From the NCBI GenBank assembly GCA_964019335.1, contig OZ025689.1, positions 1 to 64,000 of the forward strand: DNA of 64,000 nt, read 5' to 3'. Under the pieces are notes generated by a model, which was given only the letters and a program-made list of their open reading frames with translations, did no database searches and was not told the origin of the DNA. Both the position numbers and the translations under genes were made by a program. Shown here piece by piece: positions 18,987 through 30,901 of the stretch. Numbering within the stretch: position 1 is the first letter of the stretch; the number at the start of each line of letters is the position of its first letter. The DNA is from Diplonema japonicum (taxonomy: Eukaryota > Protista > Euglenozoa: Diplonemea).

Positions 18987-21900
18987 TCAATGTTCAAGCA
19001 TGTCCATGGAGACCTCCCTCCCGAGTCTGCCGGGGGACATCATCCTGGAGGTGCTGGCGACGGTGACCGAGCGCAGGGGACTTAGCAAAGGTGGTTGGTT
19101 TCAATGGGGGCATACCCTTCACCCTGCGAGGGATCCTTGTCCTTGTACATCGACCACCATCCTCGGATGTACCTCAGGAACGAGCTTGCGTCCTCAAACT
19201 TCTCGTGAACTGCCTTGTTGCACTTGTTGCCCTGCAGCATCATCTTCTCGTATTCATCAAATTTTCTTCCCAGCCTAGCAATGGCACTCCACAAGTTCGA
19301 AGCATTCCTCATGGCGTCATCCGACTGTGCCTGCTTGTGCACAAGCTCTTTCTGGATGTCTTTGATGATGTCTGTTGCGGCGTTCGACTCTTTTCTGCAT
19401 TCTTCGGCCCTTCTCTCATTTCTCTGTGCTAGCATCTCCTGGTGCCTCATTTGCTCTGCCAAGGCGTTTGACTCAGCAAGCTGCCTGTGCATTTCAGTCA
19501 TCTCAGAGTCGTGTACTTGTTTCGTCTGCATCAGCGCTTCGTTCTGTGCAGATAAGTCTTCTCTTTCTTTTCCTAACACTACCTTGTATTGGTTGCCTGC
19601 CTCAAGTGCTTCGTTGGCGGAAAGCAGTCTCATAGCTTCAGCCTCAAGGTTCTTGTTTTGCAACTGGAGGTTTGCATTAGAGTCACTTGAAGACCTCAGC
19701 TGCTCTTCAAAGATATCACGCTGTGCCAGCTCCTGTCAAAGTTAAATGCTACAAGGTAAGTGCATGTTCATACTGTGTCAAGGCGCTGCCTTGTGACCTG
19801 CAAGTCTTCCGTCAAGGCTGCAAATTGAGTTGTGTTGTCCTGCAATTGATTCCTCACCATTTCTATCACTTGCTCCAACTGGATTTTGTTATTTATCTCT
19901 TCCTCTCTGTCGATCTCAAGCGTCCTCATCTTCTCTTGCAGTACGGCATTCGAGCACCTGAGCTCAGCGCACTCGGCCTCCCTTGCCTCCGCCAGCTGTG
20001 TCATCTCCGCGATCTTGCTGTTCGTGATGGTGTTATTTACCATTGAATGACCCAGTTCTGACCTGCGCGCGATGATCTCCCTTTCCATGTTTTGAAGAGC
20101 AGCCTCCCTTTCATCAAGGGTGGCAAGCCTTTTCTTTGTTTCAATGTCTTTGGTATTGAGTTCTCTCTCTTTCTTAACCACCTCTTCCGTCTTCTCCCTC
20201 AGCTGCTTTACCAACACCTCTGCCTGCGTATCCTTTCTGAAAAGGTCTTCCTGTTGAATGGCTTCCAAGGACTCCTTTTCTCTGAATCGCTGTGTCAGGT
20301 CGTCGTTCTCAGAAGTAAGTGTCTTGATCCTGTCGCTCAAAGCTGCGTTGTCGCGTTGGCAGCGGATCTTCTCTGCTTGCTCTGACTTCACAGACTCTCT
20401 CAAGGAAGCGTTCTCTGACCTCAGTGCCTCAATGGTGGTGTTGGCAGTAGCTAGCTCAAGATTTTTGGTATCGTGAGCGGCCGACTGTATGTGATTGCAA
20501 AAACAAGGATCAGCATACCATTTCTTTCATGCTGCAGCTCACTTCCTTCACCTCATCGACGGATGCCTGCAGCTGCTCTGTAAGTTTTGCAACACGTTGC
20601 TCGCTCCTATGACGCGTGATGATGATCTAAGTACATACGCACTGAGCTCATTCTCCATCGCTCTCAAGTTGTTGTTCGCAGCTGACAGGTTTGTACTATC
20701 TTCGTGAGCACGCTGCATGGTCTGGTCCCTCTGGGACAAGGTCATGGAGTGCATTTGCTGGAGTTCATCTGTCTGCTTCAGCGACTCCTCCAAGTCTCTA
20801 GTATTGATATTGTACTGCTCTTGAAGTTGCATAATCTGTGCTTCCTGTTCCTGAGCAAGCTGCCTCAACTGGTTGAGCTCCTGCAGCATTCCAGCATTCA
20901 CTTCATTCAAGTCCTTGTTCTTAAGCCCTACCATGCGCAACTCATCAGCGGTATGTTTGTTGACTTCCAGCTCCTGTTCGAGCACTTTAATCTTCTTTTC
21001 CTTGTTGCTTGTATCATTCTTGAAGACATGCAACTGGTTCGTAAGGTCTTGTTTCTCTTCTTGTATTCTTGAGAGCTGTGTTGTTTTGTTAAAGTCAAAA
21101 TGTGGTTCAAACCTCTTTAGTTGTATCTGTGACAGCAGCTAGCTGTGCACCAGTATGGGCCAAGGCCTCATGAGCCGCCTTTAGCTGTTCATTCTTCTGG
21201 TTAACAACATCCTCAGTCCTCGCCAACTGAGCTTGCTGGTCACACAGCTGTTTCGTGAGGGTCATCACCTTCTTTGTGTGCTGCTTCTTCACACTGTCAG
21301 CTGCCACTGCTGCTAGCTCGTGACGCGTGATAACATCAAAGAACCTTGCCTCTCTCTCCTCAGGGGTGGCTGTTTCTAGTAGCTTGCGGGACTCCAGAAT
21401 ACGCACCTTTGCCTGTTCGTGATCATCAATTCTCTGACCAAGCCTATCATCAAAAGCAGGCATCACGTCATCGCCTTTGAGCTCTTCCAGGATGTCGATC
21501 ACGTTCTGTGATGCAAGCGCATGGTCACCACATGTGGCCGCAGTTGATAAGCTGTGGCGCAGCAGCATTACAGCTTGTCTGATGCTATCATTGTCATGCA
21601 CCATCTTCTTCTTCGCGTGTACAAGCTGTTTCTCAAAGTGTGATGCCTCAGCTTCGCGCTGTTTCACTTCATCGAGCAAGATCCTGTGCGGCTATGGTTA
21701 ACACAACACACATACGCATCAACGGTGGGTGACATGGCACGCTGTCCCTGAGGATGCTTCTTAAGAGGAGTGACCGGTGTCGGCGACTGGCTACCAAGCC
21801 TTGCGTCCACACGTCGGCGGACAACATCGTAGTCTATGCGCGAGTCATCATCGAAGGATAGTGCCGCTGTCGGGGAGCTTGGCTGGGCATGTGTCGGTGT

Positions 21901-22302
21901 CTGACGAGATGAAGATGTTATATCGCATACCTTGCGACCAGCGATAGTTGCTACTTCTTTGCTTAAGTAATGCACCTGCCTTCTGACATGGGCACTCTCA
22001 GCCAGCACATGCTCGTAGTTGTCCAACAAGGACCTCTTGTCATCGCCACGCATTGGCTTGACAACAAGTGAGGGAGCAGCCCTATTTCTCTCAGGTGCTA
22101 CCCGAGGTGATGCCGGCAGAGGCTTGTCACCCGGCGTGCCCAACACGTGGTCCAAGTCCTCGAGCTCTGCTCTCAAAACAGCAAGCTGTGATGGTATGGA
22201 AGAAAATGTCACAAACATACCCTCGACGTCTCCTGCGTCATCGTTGGAGAGGCACGATTCATGCGAACCTGTAGGCTGATACGACAACTGTGTAGTGAAC
22301 AA
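18987..22302 (-). CDS. Large coiled-coil protein, multi-exon (start uncertain)
   Basis: Track ORFs 21664..22302, 21107..21679, 20548..21033, 19768..20403 and 19082..19663 join through 32-41-nt GT-AG introns; E/K/Q heptad-rich. Confidence 0.75.
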
Positions 22303-22329
22303 TTATTATAACAATAACACATCTAATTT

Positions 22330-25300
22330 CTATTCTTCGAGAACCTGAAGGTGCTGCGGAAGGAACCGTCGCACGCCCTTGTGCGGCTGTACGTCCACCA
22401 TGACGCCTGTCACGTAATGAGACTTTGCGGTGTCGTACTGCACCACCTTGCCAGTGCAGTTGATTACCTTCTCATGTCTGATGCCGGCTGAAGGCAAGAT
22501 GAGGACTGAAGCACCGATCTCAGGCAAGTCCACCTCTTCTTGCAGGCCGTTCGTGTCGATGTAGACCACCTTACTGAAATCTTCTTGTCTCCTCAGGCGC
22601 TGTGCTGCCATCGCCTCCTCAGCTTCTTGCTTCTCTAAATCGCACACGGTTGTGTTCGGGTGCAGTGTCGTCATGCATTTCATATTGTTGTCCACAGCAG
22701 AGTATATCACGCGTTGGTTCTTGCGCTTCTGCACGTCATCCAACATGAGAAGCGGATTCACCGGCACTAATTCAGGCGGTGGCTTTGGCTTCGGTAATGC
22801 TTCAGAAGCAACAGACTCGTCAACCTCACCGGCCTTTTTGATGCCGTTGAACTCGTCGTAGGCCTTTGCGTCCTTGAGGGAACTTGCGTGGTACAACCTG
22901 CACAGCAACCAGACAGCGCCGCCAAGGAACGATATCAGCAGCATAATGCTTAGGCTCGCTACTGCTGTGTACTGCACAGCGTCGCTGAGTGTTGATTTGG
23001 TGTTGAAGTCGACAAGAACGACGGCACCAAGCATGAGGCAGAGGAGGAGGTTCAGGGCAACAGGGGGACACTCAAAATATAACAAGAGCTTGTCACACCA
23101 CGGGCTCTTCACCAGCGTTATAATGAGGAATACAAGATGCACTGCTGCAGCGATGATGAAAGGTATGGCACAGGAATTCCCCTTTAGTTTTATCCCTAGC
23201 ACAGCACTCACACTGATGGCTCTGAACATCAAGTACGGTAAGAAGGTTGTCTGAGTGTCCTTCAGAGAAGTAAACATGGGGCTCCATCTCCTCTTGAAAG
23301 TGGGGTCGCTCGTGTTTGCACTGCTCCAAAATCTTGATGGGACAACATGAAGTGCTCTGCTCCCATCTGCTGACATGTTGCTGTATACCACTTCACTGTA
23401 GAAACCATCCAAGTGGCACTCTTCCTGTGTGTATCTAGCGTTGATGCTTTTCCCCCTTAACTTGAAGAGGTTCGCGAAGACCACCGTGCAGGCAATACAT
23501 CCCGCGAGGAGGATGGATAGGACAAATACCCCAAAAACTATGTCTCCGATGTCACCGTCGTCTGAAATAAGCTTTGTAGCATTGAAAGACAAAGGGCAGA
23601 TAAACCAGCTCACGATTACTATGGGGATGCAGGGAAACATCAATCTTGCCAAAGGGGGGCCGAGCTCTTTAGATCCAAAAAGGTTTAGCATTAGAACCAT
23701 AAAGCAGTGCAAGAGTACGGGAACACAAACCAGAATCACTACCCACGTCAGGTCGCCAATCGAAAACGAACTCGGTCTGGGGAACAAAATTACCCAGGTC
23801 ATGTATTCTGCCGCTTTTGTAATGTCAATTGGGTTGCAAGGTGACCTCATGAAGGCTGTAAGGATCTGGGCCTCGATCAAAGCAAGGGTGGCAGTCATGG
23901 GCTGCTTGCTGAGTATGGAATGCAGCAGGGCAACACAGATAACCACGATCAACAAGTTGCCTAATAGCTCCGCACGCCAGCCATTCTCAAGAATGTCACA
24001 TTCCGCACCGGTCAGGCCGCTCCTGCAGTCACACATTCCTAGAGAATTACACCTCCCAGCCTCATTACATTGGGTATCGTTACTTTCAGAGTTACACAAA
24101 CATGAGTGAAAGTTACAAGCCTCGACTTCCGACAAAGGAGGACACCCAATGTCACTGGGGTTGAGCCACGGAGGCAGCTTTGCATCGAGCACTGTCCTAT
24201 TTCTGTAGAGGCTCCCGGTATTGCAGGGCTTAGAGCACTCAGACCAAGCGGACCATTCACTTACGCTGCACGTAGCAGGGATCACCCAGTCTCCCTCGGA
24301 AGGCTTTGTGACAGGGACCGATGTGCTGTTTGCATCGGCTGTTATGTTGTAGTAAGCAACAGCCACATCAGACGCTGGAGCATTGGCGTAATACAGCTGC
24401 ACAGCCACAGCACCGTAGGACAATGTTACGCCCTGCAAAGAAGCTAATAATGCCTGCTCTGTTATGTAGAAAGAGCTGGAGTATTCGTCACGTCCCACAG
24501 CCTTGATCTGAAATGGGGCGTCATGTATCCTCGAAAGCAGCAGACATCTATACCCTTGCGGCAGCTGGTAGTTGTGTGAAATGCTCACCATTACTGCAGT
24601 GCTCCACTCCTTCCCGTCTTCAGGTGGTGGTGCAAATAAGAAGTATCCTTGCTGCGAGAGGACACCTCCTCTGCCTCGGAGGAAATACTTCCACTGTTCC
24701 GACTGCGTACCCTGCATAACACTGATTCCATACGTGCCGTCACCCTGAGGAAGGACCAACCTGCACTGCACGTGTGTGCTGTTTTGAATGAGTATGTCGC
24801 ATGTAGGCGTGCTTTGTGTCGACGACGTAAACACCACAGATGTCACAAGCTTGGCATTAGCGAGGGCAAGGACAAGTGTGCCGTCTGTACAAAATTGCAG
24901 AACATCTGGATGCATGCAGGTGTCTAGGTAAACGTTGGTGATCACACCAACGGGGATGGGCGAAGAAACGATACTCATAAACCTTACATTTGAGTCAATT
25001 GCATTCTTGTCTAGCAGATCAGTCAGTGGTGATCCTGCTGGCAGCACCAAGGGACGGATGCTAATTCCCCAAATGCCTTTCGTGGTACTAGGAATGGTCA
25101 GATTGCAGGTAAGGCGGCTGCTGAAACCTGAAACAGCTGATAGTACTGTGCAAGAAGGTGTACTGCCAGAGCTGGGCTGCCACGAACCAGAGAGTAGAGT
25201 ACTTGTCTGGCTTTCCAATGTCACCTGATTAAACGGTACCTCAAGGACTGGTGCTGCTGTAATCAGTGTGAAAACTACCTCGGCATTCACAGGGAAGTCA

Positions 25301-25941
25301 TAGCCACCAAATTCAAGTACACCGCCGTGGCCGCAGGTCAGAACTGCAGTAGCTGCATTAGCACACCCAGTAATAGACAACACTACAGGTCGGGGTATAA
25401 CGCGCACTTCTTCTTTGAGGAATGATGGCTGATACTTGTTTGACCATGACATCGCAGTAACCTTTCGCGTGGCTGTTGTGAAGTCACCATTTGTCGACAG
25501 AAGTACTGTAGTCCCTGAAGGGCTGAAATCTCCCGTTGCTGCGCAGCCTCTATAAACACCATTGGAGCAAGCAATGCTGTACTTGAGGTTTATACATGGG
25601 TGTGATGCAACACGGATCACCTCCACTGCAGCATCAACTGCAGAGACCGCGACATTTGCAGCACCTACGATGACAGTGTTTGCATCCAACGAAGGAGGTG
25701 GCATGTTGAAGCATTTGGTGCTGTCGCTCTTGCAGCTACAAAACGGAGCACCGAAGGTACCGGGTTGACACTGCACGTCTGCGCTGGGGCACCCTGCGCA
25801 CACTTCACTGCAGTCAAACGACGCACACGTACAACTGCCACCATCCCACCGCCCTAACACACAGGTGTCGCTGCTGCACAACGTACTCGGCACCGCAGGG
25901 TCTAAGACAAGACCCACAACAATCATGCATATCAATAGCAT
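22330..25941 (-). CDS. Large surface/membrane protein: signal peptide, Cys-rich and Ig-like ectodomain, TSP1 repeat, EGF-like domain, multi-pass TM region
   Basis: 1203-aa ORF; CSVSEWSAWSECSKPCNTG (TSP1); CNEAGRCNSLGMCDCRSGLTGAEC (EGF); about 8-9 hydrophobic helices. Confidence 0.8.
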   Translation of the reverse strand: MLLICMIVVGLVLDPAVPSTLCSSDTCVLGRWDGGSCTCASFDCSEVCAGCPSADVQCQPGTFGAPFCSCKSDSTKCFNMPPPSLDANTVIVGAANVAVSAVDAAVEVIRVASHPCINLKYSIACSNGVYRGCAATGDFSPSGTTVLLSTNGDFTTATRKVTAMSWSNKYQPSFLKEEVRVIPRPVVLSITGCANAATAVLTCGHGGVLEFGGYDFPVNAEVVFTLITAAPVLEVPFNQVTLESQTSTLLSGSWQPSSGSTPSCTVLSAVSGFSSRLTCNLTIPSTTKGIWGISIRPLVLPAGSPLTDLLDKNAIDSNVRFMSIVSSPIPVGVITNVYLDTCMHPDVLQFCTDGTLVLALANAKLVTSVVFTSSTQSTPTCDILIQNSTHVQCRLVLPQGDGTYGISVMQGTQSEQWKYFLRGRGGVLSQQGYFLFAPPPEDGKEWSTAVMVSISHNYQLPQGYRCLLLSRIHDAPFQIKAVGRDEYSSSFYITEQALLASLQGVTLSYGAVAVQLYYANAPASDVAVAYYNITADANSTSVPVTKPSEGDWVIPATCSVSEWSAWSECSKPCNTGSLYRNRTVLDAKLPPWLNPSDIGCPPLSEVEACNFHSCLCNSESNDTQCNEAGRCNSLGMCDCRSGLTGAECDILENGWRAELLGNLLIVVICVALLHSILSKQPMTATLALIEAQILTAFMRSPCNPIDITKAAEYMTWVILFPRPSSFSIGDLTWVVILVCVPVLLHCFMVLMLNLFGSKELGPPLARLMFPCIPIVIVSWFICPLSFNATKLISDDGDIGDIVFGVFVLSILLAGCIACTVVFANLFKLRGKSINARYTQEECHLDGFYSEVVYSNMSADGSRALHVVPSRFWSSANTSDPTFKRRWSPMFTSLKDTQTTFLPYLMFRAISVSAVLGIKLKGNSCAIPFIIAAAVHLVFLIITLVKSPWCDKLLLYFECPPVALNLLLCLMLGAVVLVDFNTKSTLSDAVQYTAVASLSIMLLISFLGGAVWLLCRLYHASSLKDAKAYDEFNGIKKAGEVDESVASEALPKPKPPPELVPVNPLLMLDDVQKRKNQRVIYSAVDNNMKCMTTLHPNTTVCDLEKQEAEEAMAAQRLRRQEDFSKVVYIDTNGLQEEVDLPEIGASVLILPSAGIRHEKVINCTGKVVQYDTAKSHYVTGVMVDVQPHKGVRRFLPQHLQVLEE

Positions 25942-26196
25942 TGCATCCCACTGTGTGAATTTCTTTATGGACCTTAAAATAGAACACTAAAAACGAAGTA
26001 TGAACAGAAAATAACTGCACAGCAAGTGCAATATGCTACCACTTGTGGCTGCTTTTGAACTTGCGCACTGCTGTATACGTTCAAGGCTTGCTGCTGACCT
26101 CGTCACAAGGGTGCATAGTTAACCTAGCTGAAGCACGCCACAACAAAACACGCCACAACAAACATGGGATAGGTTAATGTATGTGCCATCCAGTAA

Positions 26197-28190
26197 CTAC
26201 TGAGCGGCTGGAGGCGGTAAGGGGGAGGGTGAAGTAGGTTCGGAAGTGGGAGATGATATCTGTGGTGGGTGTAGGCCTTTGACAGACATACCGCTTGATG
26301 GGCGCATGTGTTCAAATATGCAGATATAGCCGCAGCATCAGTCTCATTCTCGCTAGAAATGATACGCATCCTTTGTTCTTGCTGTTGCTGCTGCTGCTGG
26401 CTACGCTGCATAAAGGATAGCTTCTTCCAATCCTTGAAGTGGTGTTTGAGGAGAAATTTGTAGGGCACATACCCGGTTCATGCTTGCAAGGTCGGGATCA
26501 TGTATGCTTTTGGCATCGAACTTGAAATTGAGAGCGCTGTCAGAAAGCCACTCGTGCTCGAGAAGGTCGCTGATCGCTGCGCGCTCCTCAACACTTCTTT
26601 TAAGACACATCGTGATGAAGGACTTGCATTCCACAGTGATGTGCTCGGGAATCCCGTCAGGGACCTCTGTAGAGTTCGCAATGTGGAACAAAGCTGCCCA
26701 ATGTGATGTGAAAGTCGGCCACGGTGGCCTCCCTCTGTTCAACATTTCTACGACAGTGCACCCCACAGACCACACGTCTAACTTCTTCTTGAAAGGGATC
26801 TCCTCGTAGAGCTGCGACGTAATCATCTCAGGCGCCATCCAATTGGGTGTGCCCGTCAACGTACCTCCTGGCATGGTAGCAATTGTTTGATGTATCTTCC
26901 GCGAACTCCCGAAGTCTGTGATCTTCACGATGCCCTCCTGGTGGTTAATCAGGATGTTATCGCCCTTAATATCTCTGTGTACTATGTTGTGCGAGTGCAG
27001 GTACTCCAACCCACGCAGCACCTGTTTTATATAAGCCTTACCGGCCTCTTCGGGCAGTGTGCCCGGAAGGTTCTTGACGAACTTTGCCAACGACCCTCCT
27101 GAAACGTACTCCATGAACAAATTAATGAGCCTCGCTTCGGGGTCGAAACTCGCACCATAGTACATGACGATATTAGGGTGATAAAGGGACTGCAGGGACT
27201 CGATCTCGTGAAGGTACGCTGTGCGGGCCACAGGGTCTGTCGCCACGCTGACAGCGTCAATCTGCTTTACCGCTAGCACATGGCCGCCAGGCAAGATAGC
27301 GATGTACACAGCGCCGTACTGTCCTCGACCGACTAAGTTTCCCCGCTGCCATTGATCTTTTATCGATAAGAACTGTGATTGGGGGAGCTTCTCATTTGTT
27401 GGCGCGTGCTCAGGCTGTGATAGGTACTAAGTAGTTTTGAGCACATACTGTTTGAGCAGCAGGTGTGGTTGCCACCATCTTCTTGTGCAACATGCGCCAC
27501 TTGCAGAAAAAAACAATAGCAAAACAGCAGGTGGCTACACTCACGGCAAGAATTGCAGGAAGGATATAGTACTTGAAGGTATTTATGCCATGACCCTTCA
27601 AGAACAGAAGCGCCTCACATGACTGACTGAGGCAGTCACCGCACATATCATTGCATTGATCAGCCAGACCATAGCCGTGCTCGCATGTCTTAACACTGTT
27701 AGCAGCACACCCTGCGGACTTCTGGCAATCTAGAGTTTCGTTCACGCACTCAGTCCCGCACAGAGCAGGAAACTCCATCTCCTTCCAACACGGCTTGTGC
27801 TCCAAACAATCCAGCATCTTCGTGTAGTCAGATAAGCCACATTCGTAAAGGTCAAGCTGGGTATTGCAAACTTGTTCCCAGTTCCGTGCCGTTAGGTAAG
27901 TATTGCTGAAGTTTGTCGCAGCTATCGGACAGTCGCCAATAGCAGTGATCACGCAAAAAGACCACACGCACCACTTCCCCGTGTTTAGGTGGTGCTTGAC
28001 GGGGCTTTCATGGGTCATGTTGTAGCAAGAACAGGTAGGGGAGAAGCAGCAGCCAAGGTTACATGCTTGTAGCAGGTCTGGTAAAGTATGAATCTCTATA
28101 TACTAACATACCTTCTAAGAGTGAGACTTCGCATTTGTCGACAGTACCGGCAAGGCCAGTCACTGTTATGGCAAGAAGCAGCTGCAGCAT
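26197..28190 (-). CDS. Receptor-like STE11/MEKK-family Ser/Thr kinase (signal peptide, Cys-rich ectodomain, single TM, kinase), multi-exon
   Basis: MLQLLLAITV.. at 28190; TM ILPAILAVSVATCCFAIVFF; kinase GRGQYG, AVKQI, FMEYVSGGSL, HRDIKGDN, DFG, GTPNWMAPE. Tiny GTATG introns link the ORFs. Confidence 0.8.
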
Positions 28191-28305
28191 GTTCACTCCA
28201 TGTTCATATTAGGTCTGTGATCGGTGCTTACATAATGCAAAAAACAAAAGGAAAATGAGCGGAAGAACATTGACAGGGCAGACGTGTAAACGTCGCTTTG
28301 ATGAC

Positions 28306-30808
28306 TAATGGAACTTTGAAGGTTGGCGCACCTTTCTCTTAGGGGAGCCACATCTGAATGAACTTGATACTGTAGATGAAACATTGCTTGAGCGGCGTAA
28401 CACGTTGCTGCTCTTGTTTGCCCTTAAAGAGTTCTGTCATGAAGTGTGCATGCGTTTGCGGAAAGCATACCCTGCCGTTAGATGGTGATAACGTCGGGTC
28501 ACCTACGATTCTTTCCACTTCAAAAGGCTTGAATGGTTGATGTGGGAGTGAGAAACTCTTCAGGGTTTTCAAGTGCCACTGAAAGTGGTTTACAGCAAAG
28601 AAAAGGCACACCTCTTCATTGTTCATAACTTGTACAACAGACGGCAGCTTCTGCAACTGGTTGATCAGTTTCTCAGCAGTGCATTCCCATATTTCGCACC
28701 TGCGGTAGAATCAATAACACATAACTAACATACTTAGTAATTGCCTTATAGGAGATCGACCAAAAAGGCTGGCGTGTCACAGCATCTGGCACGCCTATGA
28801 CAAAGGGCGCTGAATGGACCGCCCCAGATTTCACTTCTTTTATTTTCCCCTTTACGATGCATATGCACTTCGCGCACGGGTCACCGTTAGTAGTCAGTAT
28901 GCTCGTAGCGTCGATGACACAGGGAGTGAGCCACGCTACCATCTGTCTGTACCATTTGCTCGGTATTGGGAGTGTTGACAATAGCGGTGCGTCCTTCCAG
29001 TACCTTGTGCGACATTCGTCCAGCCACAGGGCGCGCATCTTATTCAATTCTTCCTTCGCAGAGAGAAGGACGTGGGGGTGCAGCGAAAGGTGCATCATAA
29101 GGTCGTTCTTGCAAAGCTTCCATAACTCGCACGTGGTATCCGTAGTCACAGACGCGCAGCGAGGCTCCGGAAAGAACAGCGAAATGTGTCCAAATATTGT
29201 ACCGTCGTAGAGTTTGGCTAGCAACTTGTCCTCCTTCCCTTCGCTGCAAATCGAGGTGGCTTCGAGTGAAACCTCACTTTGTTTTCTAGGGGGTTTTGTT
29301 TTCTGCACTCTGAACGATGACGGCATCAAGGCGACGACAGACCCCTTTGCCTTGACGCGCGGGGAGGTGGCGGGTGACTGTGGGGAAGTGGTCTGTGTGT
29401 GGTTCGCGCATACTGACGCACAAAAGGAAGATGCTGAAGACGCAGTGGTATTCGACTCGCCTTCTGAGTCCGATCTGTGCGTGTTGCGAGCTACAAAATG
29501 CATACATACACATCATCCTGGTCTCGGGAAGTGACGGACACCGTGCCAGATGCCAGTATGTACAAAGCGTCGCCTTGTTCATCTTGTTCAATGACCCGGT
29601 GGCCTGCCCTGAAAACGACAGGCTTGAATTGTGTGCATAAGGCGATCAGCGTGTCATTCGGCCACTTGCTGAAAATAGAACAGCTTTCAATGAGGTGTGA
29701 CGGCTTCAAAGGCCGAAGTTTGTTCATATTCAAAGCTCGTCTCTCATCAGTCTTTTGAATAAGGTCTTTGTAAGTCTTTGGTCGTAGCATCGTGAGGAGC
29801 TTCGACACGGTTGCCTTCTGCAGTTTCCACAGGGTACTGTCTTCTCCTGCGATGATGGTCGCACTGCGGGGCTCATTACAAAGTACGGCAAACTCACCAA
29901 AAACGGACTTCGGACCCCCTGGATGGATTGATGCAACCTTAAAGCCATCCTTTGATGCTCGTGACTTGACCTTCGGCGGCCGAATGTAGATATCAACATG
30001 CCCACTGCCGAACAGGTACATGTACTCGCCCCAGTCGCCCTCCATGCATACACACTCGCCCTTTTCGAAAGCCACTGGGAGCAACGTCTCGCTCACAGTA
30101 CTCAACATGTGCGTCTGCCACCCATCGAAAAACTCCAACTCCTGTAAGTCACTCACAGATGGTCGTTCTAGAGAACTTGCGTGTTTCTTAAGGAGGAGTT
30201 GTTGCCTCTTTGCTTTTCGCTTTTTGTGAATGTAAACTCTGATGACTGGCAGGCACAATACTGCTAACTTATACAGTGCCTGCTCGGTGTCGCGTTTGCT
30301 CATCAAAGAGAATAACGGAGATATAACACATATTGTCTGCATCCACAGCAGAAGACGCTGATTGACCTGCTCTCTCTTTTGGTTTTGGACAAAAGCAACT
30401 TGTTGCCGTTGGCGCTTGTCGTGCGCTTCTGCTGCGGAATTCTCTTTGTTCTTCTGCTGTTCTTCTTGCAGGGCCTCATGCCTCATAAGAACAGCTAACT
30501 GTTTTTTGGCAGATTCTTCTGCCCGTGCTTTTCGTTCATCCTCCTGTTGCTTCTTGAAATCATCTTGTGGGAGTCGACGTTGGCTTTTAGGTTTTCCCCT
30601 TTTATTACAAAGCAACGTGGGCGTCGCATCATCCTAATGTCATGGTGTGATCAAAGTGCATACCGAGAGCACCTCACCAAGAGGCATGCACGACGTCGGC
30701 TCTGTGTAACCCCATCTATAGAGTGTGTGATGAATGGAGTGCATACCCTTGTGCCAACGACGACAAAGGTGGCTTCTTGTTTAAGGGAGATAAGTCCCCT
30801 CGTTTCAT
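28306..30808 (-). CDS. Multi cyclic-nucleotide-binding-domain protein, multi-exon (ends approximate)
   Basis: FGEFAVLCNEPRSATI, FGHISLFFPEPRCASV and IEQDEQGDALYIL; GTATG introns. Confidence 0.8.
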
Positions 30809-30901
30809 GTTCTCTGAATGTTTCTGAGAATAGAACGCTTTTGCAAGCAAAAGATACAGCAGGCTAAGCCAGCCACATTTTAAAAATGAAATCGATTCGC
30901 G

